64,000 nucleotides of DNA from Pecten maximus (Eukaryota): assembly GCF_902652985.1 (NCBI RefSeq), contig NC_047016.1, positions 1,488,001 to 1,552,000 on the forward strand, read 5' to 3'. Shown one piece after another: positions 27,245-39,272 of the stretch. The position numbers were made by a program, and so were the translations under genes. The stretch's first letter is position 1. Every line of letters begins with the position of its first letter. The notes under the pieces were generated by a model. The model saw nothing but the letters and a program-made list of their open reading frames with translations, searched no databases and had not been told where the DNA came from.

Positions 27245-30200
27245 AACCTATCCATACATATAAACACCTGTTTTCTGTGAACCGTGTCCACACATATAAA
27301 CACGTGTTTTCTGTGTACCGTGTCCACACATATAAACACATGTTTACTGTGAACCGTGTCCACACATATAAACACGTGTTTTCTGTGTACCACGCCCACA
27401 CATATAAACACGTGTTTTCTGTGTACCGTGTCCATACATATAAACACGTGTTTTCTGTGTACCGTGTCCACACATATAAACACGTGTTTACTGTGTACCG
27501 TGTCCACACATATAAACACCTGTTTACTGTGTACCGTGTCCACACATATAAACACCTGTTTACTGTGTACCATGTCCATACATATAAACACCTGTTTACT
27601 GTGTCCACACATATAAACACGTGTTTACTGTGTACCGTGTCCACATATATAAACGTGTTTTCTATATACTGTGTCCACACATATAAACACATGTTTTCTG
27701 TGAACCGTGTCCACACATATAAACACGTGTTTTCTGTGTACCACGCCCACACATATAAACACCTGTTTTCTGTGTACCGTGTCCACACATATAAACACCT
27801 GTTTTCTGTGTACTGTGTCCACACATATAAACACGTGTTTACTGTGTACCGTGTCCACACATATAAACACCTGTTTTCTGTGTACTGTGTCCACACATAT
27901 AAACACCTGTTTTTCGGTGTACCGTGTCCACACATATAAACACTTGTTTACTGTGAACCATGTCCACACATATAAACACGTGTTTTCTGTGTTCCACGCC
28001 CACACATATAAACACCTGTTTTCTGTGTACTGTGTCCACACATATAAACACGTGTTTACTGTGTACCGTGTCCACACATATAAACACGTGTTTACTGTGT
28101 ACCGTGTCCACACATATAAACACCTGTTTACTGTGTACCGTGTCCATACATATAAACACGTGTTTTCTGTGTACCGTGTCCACACATATAAACACATGTT
28201 TACTGTGAACCGTGTCCACACATATAAACACGTGTTTTCTGTGTACCATGCCCACACATATAAACACCTGTTTACTGTGTACCGTGTCCATACATATAAA
28301 CACCTGTTTTCTGTGTACCGTGTCCACACATATAAACACGTGTTTACTGTGTACCGTGTCCACACATATAAACACCTGTTTTCTGTGTACTGTGTCCACA
28401 CATATAAACACCTGTTTTTCGGTGTACCGTGTCCACACATATAAACACTTGTTTACTGTGAACCATGTCCACACATATAAACACGTGTTTTCTGTGTTCC
28501 ACGCCCACACATATAAACACCTGTTTTCTGTGTACTGTGTCCACACATATAAACACGTGTTTACTGTGTACCGTGTCCACACATATAAACACGTGTTTAC
28601 TGTGTACCGTGTCCACACATATAAACACCTGTTTACTGTGTACCGTGTCCATACATATAAACACGTGTTTTCTGTGTACCGTGTCCACACATATAAACAC
28701 ATGTTTACTGTGAACCGTGTCCACACATATAAACACGTGTTTTCTGTGTACCATGCCCACACATATAAACACCTGTTTACTGTGTACCGTGTCCATACAT
28801 ATAAACACCTGTTTTCTGTGTACCGTGTCCACACATATAAACACCTGTTTTCTATGTACTGTGTCCACACATATAAGCACGTGTTTTCTGTGTACCGTGT
28901 CCACACATATAAACACGTGTTTTCTGTGTACCGTGTCCACACATATAAACACATGTTTTCGGTGTACCGTCTCCACACATATAAACACGTGTTTTCTGTG
29001 TACCACATCCACACATATAAACACGTGTTTACTGTGTACCGTCTCCACACATATAAACACGTGTTTTCTGTGTACCACGCCCACACATATAAACACATGT
29101 TTACTGTGAACCGTGTCCACACATATAAACACGTGTTTTCTGTGTACCACGCCCACACATATAAACACCTGTTTACTGTGTACCGTGTCCACACATATAA
29201 ACACCTGTTTTCTGTGTACCATGTCCACACATATAAACACTTGTTTTCGGTGTACCGTGTCCACACATATAAACACCTGTTTTCTGTGTACCACGCCCAC
29301 ACATATAAACATGTGTTTTCTGTGTACCACGCCCACACATATAAACATGTGTTTTCTGTGTACCGTGTCCACACATATAAACACATGTTTTCTGTGTACC
29401 GTGTCCACACATATAAACACATGTTTTCTGTGTACCGTTTCCACACATATAAACACGTGTTTTCTGTGTACCGTGTCCACACATATAAACACATGTTTTC
29501 GGTGTACCGTCTCCACACATATAAACACGTGTTTTCTGTGTACCGTGTCCACACATATAAACACATGTTTTCTGTGTACCGTCTCCACACATATAAACAC
29601 GTGTTTTCTGTGTACCGTGTCCACACATATAAACACCTGTTTTCTGTGTACCGTGTCCACACATATAAACACGTGTTTTCTGTGTACCGTGTCCACACAT
29701 ATAAACACGTGTTTTCTGTGTATCGTGTCCACACATATAAACATGTGTTTTCTGTGTACCGTGTCCACACATATAAACACGTGTTTTCTGTGTACCGTGT
29801 CCATACATATAAACACGTGTTTCCTGTGTATCGTGTCCACACATATAAACCTGTTTACTGTGTACCACGCCCACATATATAAACACCTGTTTTCTGTGTA
29901 CTGTGTCCACACATATAAACACGTGTTTACAGTGTACCGTCTCCACACATATAAACACGTGTTTTCTGTGTACCGTGTCCACACATATAAACGTGTTTAC
30001 TGTGTACCACATCCACACATATAAACACATGTTTTCTGTGTACCGTGTCCACACATATAGACATGTGTTTTCTGTGTACCGTGTCCACACATATAAACAC
30101 GTGTTTTCTGTGTATCGTGTCCACACATATAAACGTGTTTACTGTGTACCACATCCACACATATAAACACGTGTTTTCTGTGTACCGTGTCCACACATAT

Positions 30201-30515
30201 AAACACATGTTTTCTGTGTACCGTGTCCACACATATAAACACATGTTTTCTGTGTACCGTGTCCACACATATAAACGTGTTTACTGTGTACCACATCCAC
30301 ACATATAAACACGTGTTTTCTGTGTATCGTGTCCACACATATAAACTTGTTTACTGTGTACCACATCCACACATATAAACACCTGTTTTCTGTGTACCAC
30401 ATCCACACATATAAACGTGTTTACTGTGTACCACATCCACACATATAAACACCTGTTTTCTGTGTACCACATCCACACATATAAACGTGTTTACTGTGTA
30501 CCACATCCACACATA
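27245..30515. repeat. 36-bp minisatellite with a 505-bp higher-order block
   Basis: Unit CCACACATATAAACACGTGTTTTCTGTGTACCGTGT; the variant TTTTTCGGTGTACC recurs at ~27910 and ~28415. Confidence 0.95.
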
Positions 30516-31957
30516 GACAAAATGGGAAGGAAAACAAGTAATAATGTTGTAAAACCTTTGTACAATGCTTACGTTGAACATTTAGAAACAAATCAGGGTA
30601 ACTTTTAATATAACATAACCCTGGCTGTAAAACACCAGGGATGTAGATAACACTGCTTGTATTTATCTGTAAACAGTGGAACAGGTATATTAATAAACTA
30701 GTACTGTTTCTATACATTTATCCGAAAGCAGCAACTGGTGGACATTGGGCAAGTATACAATTTAAAACTGAATATATTCATCAAGAATCAATACGTATCT
30801 CTTTTCTGTATGAACAGGAACTTTACAAAAAAAACCACACAAATTGGATAAAAGTAAGCAGAATAATGGACATTTAATTTAGACTTTTTACATGAATATT
30901 TGGTGTTCTAGCCATTAAAAACAAATACTGATCATGCACAATGTTATGAGCCCTTAAAATTTGCAAAATAATGAGAAAAATATACATGTATATGGCATAA
31001 AATATGATGGTCCCAGTTTGTGATAAATGTTGTACAATTTGATGGTCCCTGTAACATATTCAATGTAAACCATTAATACAAAGAATAGATAATAAATTAA
31101 CACAAAATAAAACCACAGACAATTAACACCAGTAGTTAAAATCTGTTTTCTTACTACATGTGTATAATCAATTATTAATATTTATATTTCCACTCAATTC
31201 AGACTCAATGAACCTTCCACAATTAACTCGAGTCATTTTTCAATGAACTATATCAAGTCCGGCGTAGGAATACATTTGTCGAGCTTAGACTATATTTTTT
31301 TTTAATTCCTTTTCAAAAGTGATCATATTTATATGAAATAAATTCCTTTAAAACTAATATTTGTTTTAATTCGCTATTAAGTTTGTTAACGAAAGAAATC
31401 CTAAAAGTATTAACCATATGTAGACGAAGAGTGATGACATATATTTGGTAAGTTCTGTGGTAGACTTGCACAAGTCCCTACTTTGCAGTTCATAATAAAT
31501 TTGTCTCAAGACCTATTGAGGTTTATACCCCCATACACCTCAACATAACTTTATTCAATCCTTATATTTATATTTTTTGTGATGACGTACATTTCGGTAA
31601 GTTCTGTGGTAGACTTGCACAAGTCCCTATTTGTCAAAGACAAAATATTGTACAAAATATCAAAAAATATAAATATAAGGATTGAATGCAAGTTATGCAC
31701 AAAGGATGGCATACGGAGGTTTGCAGACGGCGGACAACAACAGACGAAGCATGATGACTACCCAGAGATGTAAAAATATTAGTTTTATCCATATAGTTTA
31801 GTATGACTGGATGTTTGTATCAACTCTTCTACATGGTTGGCCTAATTATGATTATAGATTAACATATAAACAAGTGTTCCATATACAAGTTATCAAATGT
31901 TTTACAGAGGGGCACCCCTAGTAGCAGAATATACAGAAATAATGCAGTCAATAGTTT

Positions 31958-32120
31958 CTAAAACAATCACTATTCTCTAAAACAATCACTATTATCTAAA
32001 ACAATCACTATTATCTAAAACAATCACTATTCTCTAAAACAATCACTATTTTCTAAAACAATCACTATTCTCTAAAACAATCACTATTATCTTAAACAAT
32101 CACTATTCTCTAAAACAATG
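31958..32120. repeat. 19-bp minisatellite
   Basis: CTAAAACAATCACTATTCT, about 8 copies. Confidence 0.9.
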
Positions 32121-33316
32121 TGACTGACCAAGTTGTCACTTGTGCTAATTGTATATTAACCTTTCTCACTTCAGCTCAAAGTAATCTTAGTCCAAGCTTG
32201 TAATCCTAGTGGAGGCGACAGTGGAGGGTATACTGAGAAAATCTTTTTCCTAAGTACAGGAAGCAGGAAGTATTTAAACAAAGTTCATCTGTGAAATCAT
32301 AGGAACAATGAATTTGTTCCCTGATATGCTTTATAGATTTAAATGTTGGCAATCTCTGCTAAAAAAACAACATTTCTGCTTCATAGTATCGTCAGTATGA
32401 TGTACAACATCAGAAAAACAGAACAAACTACTTTATACACTACAACCATCATGTTACACAGTAAACATTTCTTTTAAATGTAATTAGTATCACAGATAAT
32501 CCAACATAACATTGAAATAAGATCCCCATCACTCACCCTCACCTTTCACTACAAAGTCAATGTTTAATTTTCTAACAGTTTGAGTACTACCAGTAATCAG
32601 AAGTTATTAAGTCTTCAACTCATTAAATACAACTTGATATCATGATAAGAAACCTACCTCGTTTTAAAATCAGTTGATAATATAGGATATCAGGACAAAA
32701 ATCAACAACTGAACTAAACAAAGGAGAATTACTTCTGCAAAAATAGTTGAATCAAAATGCCCCTCAAGTAAACACAACTTTATATTATGGTTATTATGCA
32801 TATCAAGTTTCAAAGAAACCAGTTTAAAATTGTTGGAGGACATTTCTGGACAAAATCAAATAACAAATTAAACAATGGGCAATAACTTTTGCAAAATTAG
32901 TTGAATCAAAATGCCTCTAACACAAAAACAACTTCACGTGTGTATATCATGGTTATAAAAATTACCAAGTTTCAAAGAAATTTGGTGAAAAATGTAGAAG
33001 TTTGGACAAATAATCAAATACTGATCAAACAAAGGGGTTTTGCAAAATAAGTTGAATAAAAATTCCTTTCAAGATTATAATGCATACCAAGTTTTGGTAG
33101 ATAAAGGTAGACAGATCAAAGTTGATGCTGGCAAGACGGACATTCAATGCCATACTATAATGCACGTCAAATTTGACAGGCGTATCAAATTGAGAGCCAA
33201 CTCACAATTCCAGATTTAATTTTAGCTTGTGACAAGGATGGAGAGATAATTCAGCTTTCCTTGGATGACATGACAGGGACAAAGTCTTCCCCCCCCCCCC
33301 CCCCCCTTTACTTTAA

Positions 33317-34050
33317 ACAAGAGGCCCAATGGGCCTGTATCGCTCACCTGGCTCTACAACAACTTTGAAGTTGATTGAGGTCATTTCTACAGATACTTTG
33401 CTGATTACATCTTTATTCAAATATCAGAGTAGGATAGGTTTATTCATATCAATAAATTTTCTAGTCCTTCATTCCAGCATACTATTGGTCTAATATCCGG
33501 TCTCGGACACTCTTGGCTATCGCAAAATTATTGTTTACAGATTTAAGCCGATTTCACCCCTGTGACCTTGATTGTAGGTCAAGGTCATTCATTTGAACAA
33601 ACTTGGTAGCCCTTCACCCTAGCATGCTACAAGCCTAATATCAAGTCCCTTGCCCTCTTGGTTATTGAAAAATAAGTCATTTGAAGATGATAGCCTATTT
33701 GACCCATGTGACCTTGAATGAAGGCAAAGGTCATTTATTTGAACAAACTTGGTAGCCCTTCACCCCAGCATTATTCAGGCCCAATATCAAGTCCCTGGGC
33801 CTCTTGGTTACTGAGAAGAAGTTGTGTGAAGATTATAGCCTATTTGACCCATGTGACCTTGAATGAAGGTCAAGGTCATTCATTTTAACAAACTTTGTAG
33901 CTCTTCAGCCCAGGATACGACAGGCCCAATATCAAGTCCCTGGGCCTCTTGATTATTGAGAAGAAGTTGTTTTAATGAAAAAGTTGACGCCAGACGGCCG
34001 GACGGACAACGGACGCTGCACCATGGCATAAGCTCACTTGCCCTTCGGGA
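33317..34050 (-). mobile_element. Second copy of the same HINE family with fewer core repeats
   Basis: Same 3' hairpin end, body and GTCC tract as 23292-24470; about 3 core repeats and a slightly truncated 5' tip. Confidence 0.8.
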
Positions 34051-34069
34051 CAAGGAGATAACAGAAGAT

Positions 34070-34800
34070 CAACAAATCAAACTCACAATCAATGACGTAA
34101 GGGGAAGATATCTCATCAATCAAACTCACCATCAATGACGTAAGGGGAAGATATCTCATCAATCAAACTCACTATCAATGATGTACGGGGAAGATATCTT
34201 ACAAATCAAACTCACTATCAATGACGTAAGGGGCAGATATCTTACAAATCAAACTCACTATCAATGACGTAAGGGGAAGATATCTCATCAATCAAACTCA
34301 CCATCAATGATGTAAGGGGCAGATATCTTACAAATCAAACTCACTATCAATGACGTAAGGGGCAGATAACTCAAAAATTAAACTCACTATCAATGATGTA
34401 AGGGGCAGATAATTTACAAATCAAACTCACCATCAATGACGTAAGGGGCAGATAACTTACAAATCAAACTCACCATCAATGATGTAAGGGGAAGATAACT
34501 CATCAATCAAACTCACCATCAATGACGTAAGGGGCAGATAACTCACCAATCAAACTCACCATCAATGATGTAAGGGTCAGATAACTCACCAATCAAATTC
34601 ACCATCAATGACTTGAGGGGCAGATAGCTTACAAATCAAACGCTTCACCAATGATACAAGCGGAATATATCAACCAAATTAAACTCTCCATCAATGATGT
34701 GAAGGGCAGATAACTCACAAATCAAACTCACCATCAATGACATGACAGGGAGATAATTCACAAATCAAACTCTCTACCAATGAGGTGAGGGAAAATAAAT
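34070..34800. repeat. 43-bp minisatellite
   Basis: Unit AATCAAACTCACCATCAATGACGTAAGGGGCAGATAACTCACA-like, decaying towards the VPS9 exon. Confidence 0.9.
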
Positions 34801-34941
34801 CATAAATCAAACATTTCTCAAAGATATTGAGGTTAATAATTCCATGCTCTAATCAAAATGAGGGAAGATCAAAACATTCCAGTCCGTCATTGAACTGTCT
34901 CAGTGATATCCAGTTCTCACCAGTGACATGCAGGAAATAAC

Positions 34942-37581
34942 TCACAAATCCAGTTCTCTGCTGCTCCTCGCCTGATTCAGGACGTGCCTATCAAACAGGT
35001 ACTGGAAAGCGATGTGGAAATTCATCAGAGCACAGTCATGTTCACTTCCATTCATGAATGGAGGCATCAAGTCAAGGACCATGTTCAAATGGGCATAAAG
35101 TTTTGTGAACATTTCCTTTTCCAGTTGAGTCAGCATGACAATGATTACCGTAAGCATGTCGTCTGCACACGGTTGGTATACACAGCCAGGGGGAGAGGAA
35201 TCCACTTTTAACTTGGATACCTCCTTAGCAACTATCTTGAAAGCTTTTGTGATATTTTTCATTTTTAAATTAATTGGTGCTACTTTGATCACCTCCTCGA
35301 TGTTGCTGCTGAACCTTCTTACAGATTCCTCAGATGAGAGACTCTGCATTCTGCCACCAGAGGACAGCACCTCTGTATCACTCAGAGATGTGAATATTTC
35401 AGCACCCTCTGGCATTTTAGATACTTCCTCGTATGACGGTAGAGGTAGATGGGCGTCTGATGTATCAGCCATTGCTGAAGCCTCCTGATAGGATGGAGGT
35501 TTTGTGTTCACCTCATTTCTTCGATTTCCTCCTTGCCATGAATACATCTCACTTTCTGTGTCATCCTCCTCAGTCTCACTAAATGGAAAATCATCAATGC
35601 CTCCCATATCCTCCAACTCTCTATTAGCACACAGATAAAGTCTATCAATGGACATTGCTCCAAGTGTGCTCGATAACTTTTTTATCTGATCTTGTCTTTT
35701 GTTCCCACTTTTTCCAGGATTCCTTAGTGTTACAGAGTCCATATCATCCAAAGGTACCTTTCGTTCGGTGTTTTCCCAGTCCTCTGGTTCACTTACAATC
35801 GCTAGCCAGGGATCATCAATGCCAAGTTCATTCATAGAAACCCCTACAAGTTTCTCTGCCAAATTTGTTGACTTTCTCTTGTATCTGTTTTCATACAGCA
35901 TATTCAGTCTGACAGAAATTCTCTCATACAAATGAGATTCATAGCAAAGCCAAACATTTTTATATGTGTCCTTATTGTTCTTCTGCCTTGTTTTTGAATT
36001 TTCTCTCAGATCTTCTTGTCTGAGGATATAAATTATGCGCTGACACATTTCATCCATGTGCTTTTTTATCTCAGACTTAACAGAGTCCATGAGTGAGTGA
36101 AGTGGCAGTGTGTTAGAGTGGTAAACTTCTCCATGGTCCAACACTGGTTTTGACTGGGCATGCTGGGAGGATAACAGTTTGTCTTTATTAGCATTTATAT
36201 CTGGGAAACCTTCATGTTTACAAATGTTCACAAATCCTTCACATTCTGGATCTTGGCCATCTTCTGACAATTGAGAAAGGAAACTAGTTTCATCCATAGA
36301 TCCATCGATTTTCTGTAAAATATTTTCACAGAAATGATGATACTGGTGCTGTATGTCACCACTGTTGACAACAGATGAGACTCGTTCCCCAATGGTTGTC
36401 CATTCCTTTGGTTTAGTACTCAAGATTCCAACATCGGTTGAACTGCAGGCTCCATCATAAAGTGACTGCCAACCCAATGAATGCCCTACTGTATCCAGTT
36501 CTCCAAGTGCCAAACAAATAGCTTCTCTGACTGATGCTATTTTCACCTTCCTTAGAATTAGTTTGTGCATGACTTCCTTTTCACTTCGAAGTCTCACTGT
36601 GATCTCCAAGTAAATCTCATGGAATACTTTTAAACTTACTTTCCGTGATCTTCTCCTTCTGGATGATTGTATTTGTTGACGAACAACTACATTCTTGATA
36701 TTTTCACGCATCATTTGCATTTTTATAAGTACTTGGTGTACTTTATCCCTCTCTTTGCGAGCTCTATCCAACTGCTCCTTCACGTGGTTACCTTGAATGT
36801 CCCTCAACTCATTGACATGGGTTTGACATCTTTGCATTTGTTCAGCTTCTTGTTGAATATCTTTTTCCAAATGAAGGAGAAATAACTTTAAGAAATCAAC
36901 ATTGCATTCCCTGATGTAGCTTTCTCTTTCAAATTTTGGATCCTTAAGAAAACTATCCCTCTGCTTACGCAATGAACTCTCAGTCAACGAAATAGCCTTG
37001 TCTTTTTGAAGGATTTCTGTTTCCGCATTTTTTAGACAAACTTCAATACATTGGAGAGCTGTCTTCAGAGAAGGTGAATCATCAATGTTCAGGTTAATAG
37101 ATGGTAAAATATAGCAGTGTACCAAACGGAGAATCTCCTGGTTGAATCTAGATGGCAGATGATCTTCAATGTCTGGCTCAACACTCATACATACAGAAGC
37201 TCTTAGTGGTAAGATTTGTGGATTTTCAAAAAAGGCCCTAGCAGAGTGAAATAAATCATCCACTTCCGAATCAAATTCCATGCACTGACTGCTTTCTGTA
37301 CTCTCTTTAAGACCGAGGACTTCTAGTTGTTTATCTGGCGACATTGAAGCCCGTTCCTCTGGCGACAATGGACATAGATTGTCGTTTGATTTTATCCATC
37401 GCAGGACTTTGAAATCACACTCAACCAAAACGGAGTCGATTATCAAAGTTTTAAACCAAATTCCGGGCTCAATAAATTTCAAGTCCCCTCCCACTTTGCC
37501 GACCATCGGTAGGAAGCCGTCATGGAGATTCACATCTGGGACAACGAACGTTTCACCATTAAACTTGAAATAGATGTACAT
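34942..37581 (-). CDS. Coiled-coil plus C-terminal VPS9-domain protein (putative Rab5-family GEF); 2.6-kb uninterrupted exon
   Basis: 879-codon non-repetitive ORF. The C-terminal PCADDMLTVIIVMLTQ...LYAHLNMVLDLMPPFMNGSEHDCALMNFHIAFQYL fits the VPS9 consensus (ADD catalytic Asp, GE.Y/C-like helix). The ORF's TGA lies inside a GTGAGT donor (exon end 34946), so splicing probably extends it. Confidence 0.8.
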   Translation of the reverse strand: MYIYFKFNGETFVVPDVNLHDGFLPMVGKVGGDLKFIEPGIWFKTLIIDSVLVECDFKVLRWIKSNDNLCPLSPEERASMSPDKQLEVLGLKESTESSQCMEFDSEVDDLFHSARAFFENPQILPLRASVCMSVEPDIEDHLPSRFNQEILRLVHCYILPSINLNIDDSPSLKTALQCIEVCLKNAETEILQKDKAISLTESSLRKQRDSFLKDPKFERESYIRECNVDFLKLFLLHLEKDIQQEAEQMQRCQTHVNELRDIQGNHVKEQLDRARKERDKVHQVLIKMQMMRENIKNVVVRQQIQSSRRRRSRKVSLKVFHEIYLEITVRLRSEKEVMHKLILRKVKIASVREAICLALGELDTVGHSLGWQSLYDGACSSTDVGILSTKPKEWTTIGERVSSVVNSGDIQHQYHHFCENILQKIDGSMDETSFLSQLSEDGQDPECEGFVNICKHEGFPDINANKDKLLSSQHAQSKPVLDHGEVYHSNTLPLHSLMDSVKSEIKKHMDEMCQRIIYILRQEDLRENSKTRQKNNKDTYKNVWLCYESHLYERISVRLNMLYENRYKRKSTNLAEKLVGVSMNELGIDDPWLAIVSEPEDWENTERKVPLDDMDSVTLRNPGKSGNKRQDQIKKLSSTLGAMSIDRLYLCANRELEDMGGIDDFPFSETEEDDTESEMYSWQGGNRRNEVNTKPPSYQEASAMADTSDAHLPLPSYEEVSKMPEGAEIFTSLSDTEVLSSGGRMQSLSSEESVRRFSSNIEEVIKVAPINLKMKNITKAFKIVAKEVSKLKVDSSPPGCVYQPCADDMLTVIIVMLTQLEKEMFTKLYAHLNMVLDLMPPFMNGSEHDCALMNFHIAFQYLFDRHVLNQARSSRELDL

Positions 37582-37945
37582 TTCGGAGAGATCTTTAATC
37601 CTTCCACATTATATCCGAGCGGCTGAGTCACAAAAGTTGACCTCGGGGAAGTATGTAGAGTATGTATACATGTACGTTGTTAATCGAAATAGAAAGTAGG
37701 AACGAGTCGCTTAAGATATAATAAATAATACATATATTTCAAATCCATATAATTACCAAATCAGTATCAAACAATCAACTGATTATGGATATTATTGTTG
37801 TTGTTATTTTTAAAACGTGTATTAAAATATGTATTACACAAAGGATATCTTTAATTAATAATGTGCTTTAATTTTTGTGTGCCTATGCGGCTCATTTTAG
37901 ACAGTGAATTTCCGATGTATTTTCCAAAGAACCAGCAAACAAGTA
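37582..37945. promoter_or_regulatory. Probable bidirectional promoter (VPS9 gene / DR1 non-coding first exon) with an ARE/AP-1 motif
   Basis: GCTGAGTCAC at 37622-37631 (GTGACTCAGC on the minus strand). A plus-strand donor AA|GTAAGT at 37943 and an acceptor TTTTAAAG| at 39804 lie upstream of the DR1 ATG. Confidence 0.4.
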
Positions 37946-38349
37946 AGTCCTTCGCTTTCGAAGATGCACGCGGCGTAGACTAAATTCTGATATGATGAAT
38001 TGGGGGCTTTAGGTTGATGCATATGACTTAAATCTATATCACAAATCGCATAACAATTGCATTGTCTTAACGATCTCTGATGGATAAAATGTTGACACAT
38101 CTTTTACCAGTGTTTACAGTCTACTGTTATATTGTTTACTGTTGATTTCTTTGTTAAAGTAGGTCCTAGACAATACTTCCTTCTGTATTGTTCTGTATAC
38201 AAGGATAAGACTTACGGAATGTCTAACTTTATTGCATAAGAAATTCTACAATATTTAAAAATAATGTTTGTAGAACATAACCAGTGTAATTAAATGACAT
38301 TCGGCCATATAAAACATGCTTTTACATATTGGGTTTGGGTATATGAATG

Positions 38350-38777
38350 TGTAACAGGAAAGAGAGTCGTGTGTCTCCAACGGGGATCGAACCAGCGACC
38401 CCCGGCTTACTGGTTCACCGCTCTACCGACTGAGCTAAAGGGAAATTCCCCCTAGCGCGAAGCTAGAAAGCGACTATTTCACTATGTACAATTAAAACCT
38501 GCCACACTACTCTCCCCCCTTTCAAATGTGTTCACCCCCAAACTCACAACCCAGGTTCTATCTCCAACAAAGTCTCTCATTCTCCTATAGCTTACACTTG
38601 GAGTGGTTAACGACACCAAATGTAACAGGAAAGAGAGTCGTGTGCCTCCACCAGGGATCGAACCAGCGACCCTCGGCTTACTGGTCTGCCGCTCTATCGA
38701 CTGAGCTAAAGGGAAATTCCCCCTAGCGCGAAGCTAGAAGGCGACCATATCACTATGTACAATTAAAACCTGCAACA
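38350..38777 (-). mobile_element. Non-autonomous LTR retrotransposon (TRIM) with tRNA-like sequence in both LTRs (Helenus-like)
   Basis: Two 157-bp direct repeats, 38350-38506 and 38621-38777, with TGT...ACA ends. AATG TSD at 38346-49 and 38778-81. On the minus strand, PBS TGGTGTCGTTAACC follows the 5' LTR and PPT AAAGGGGGGAGAGTAG precedes the 3' LTR. The internal region is 114 bp. Confidence 0.9.
38373..38444 (-). ncRNA. tRNA-derived Pol III promoter cassette in the 3' LTR (second copy ~38644-38715); not a functional tRNA
   Basis: A box TAGCTCAGTCGGTAGAGC and B box GGTTCGATCC, with an AGT-like triplet in the anticodon position. The acceptor and anticodon stems are imperfect. Confidence 0.7.
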
Positions 38778-39272
38778 AATGATACTCTGATTTTCCTCTG
38801 GACCTGACAATAGACTTAGACATTTTGACAGCTAGATGTCTGGTGTAGGGCCAGAGCACATGTCTTCTCTTATGAAAATGTGGAATTCTTCATCAAATAT
38901 CTGATGGAAATACAGATCATTGGTATGTTATGAAGATCAGACGGTGTCTGGTTTGGGTTCATGTTCAGATGTTCAACCAACCAATGATCATAGTTTAACT
39001 GGTAAAATTTTGCTAGAATCTACTTCCTCTTGGCAACTTCATGGTTTGTCCATATTGAATAGATTGTATTCCAGAGTCCCTAATGTCAATCAAACTAAGA
39101 TGGATGCACTCATCGCCAGCCTGTTGTCCAAAACAATGTTTATTGTGTAGATTGTAGAGTTTTCATTGTAACAGACGATGCTACAGAAAGAAAAGAAGTA
39201 GTAAAACAATGGATAGATCAGAGGCTAATTAACATTTTCAATAATTTTTCAATTTCAATTGATTCATCTTCT

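Noticed and set aside
27154-30717. Overlapping 200-667 aa ORFs
   Set aside because: These are 36-bp satellite artefacts.
38373-38715. Two functional tRNA genes
   Set aside because: The acceptor and anticodon stems pair poorly, and both copies sit inside the LTRs of a TRIM.
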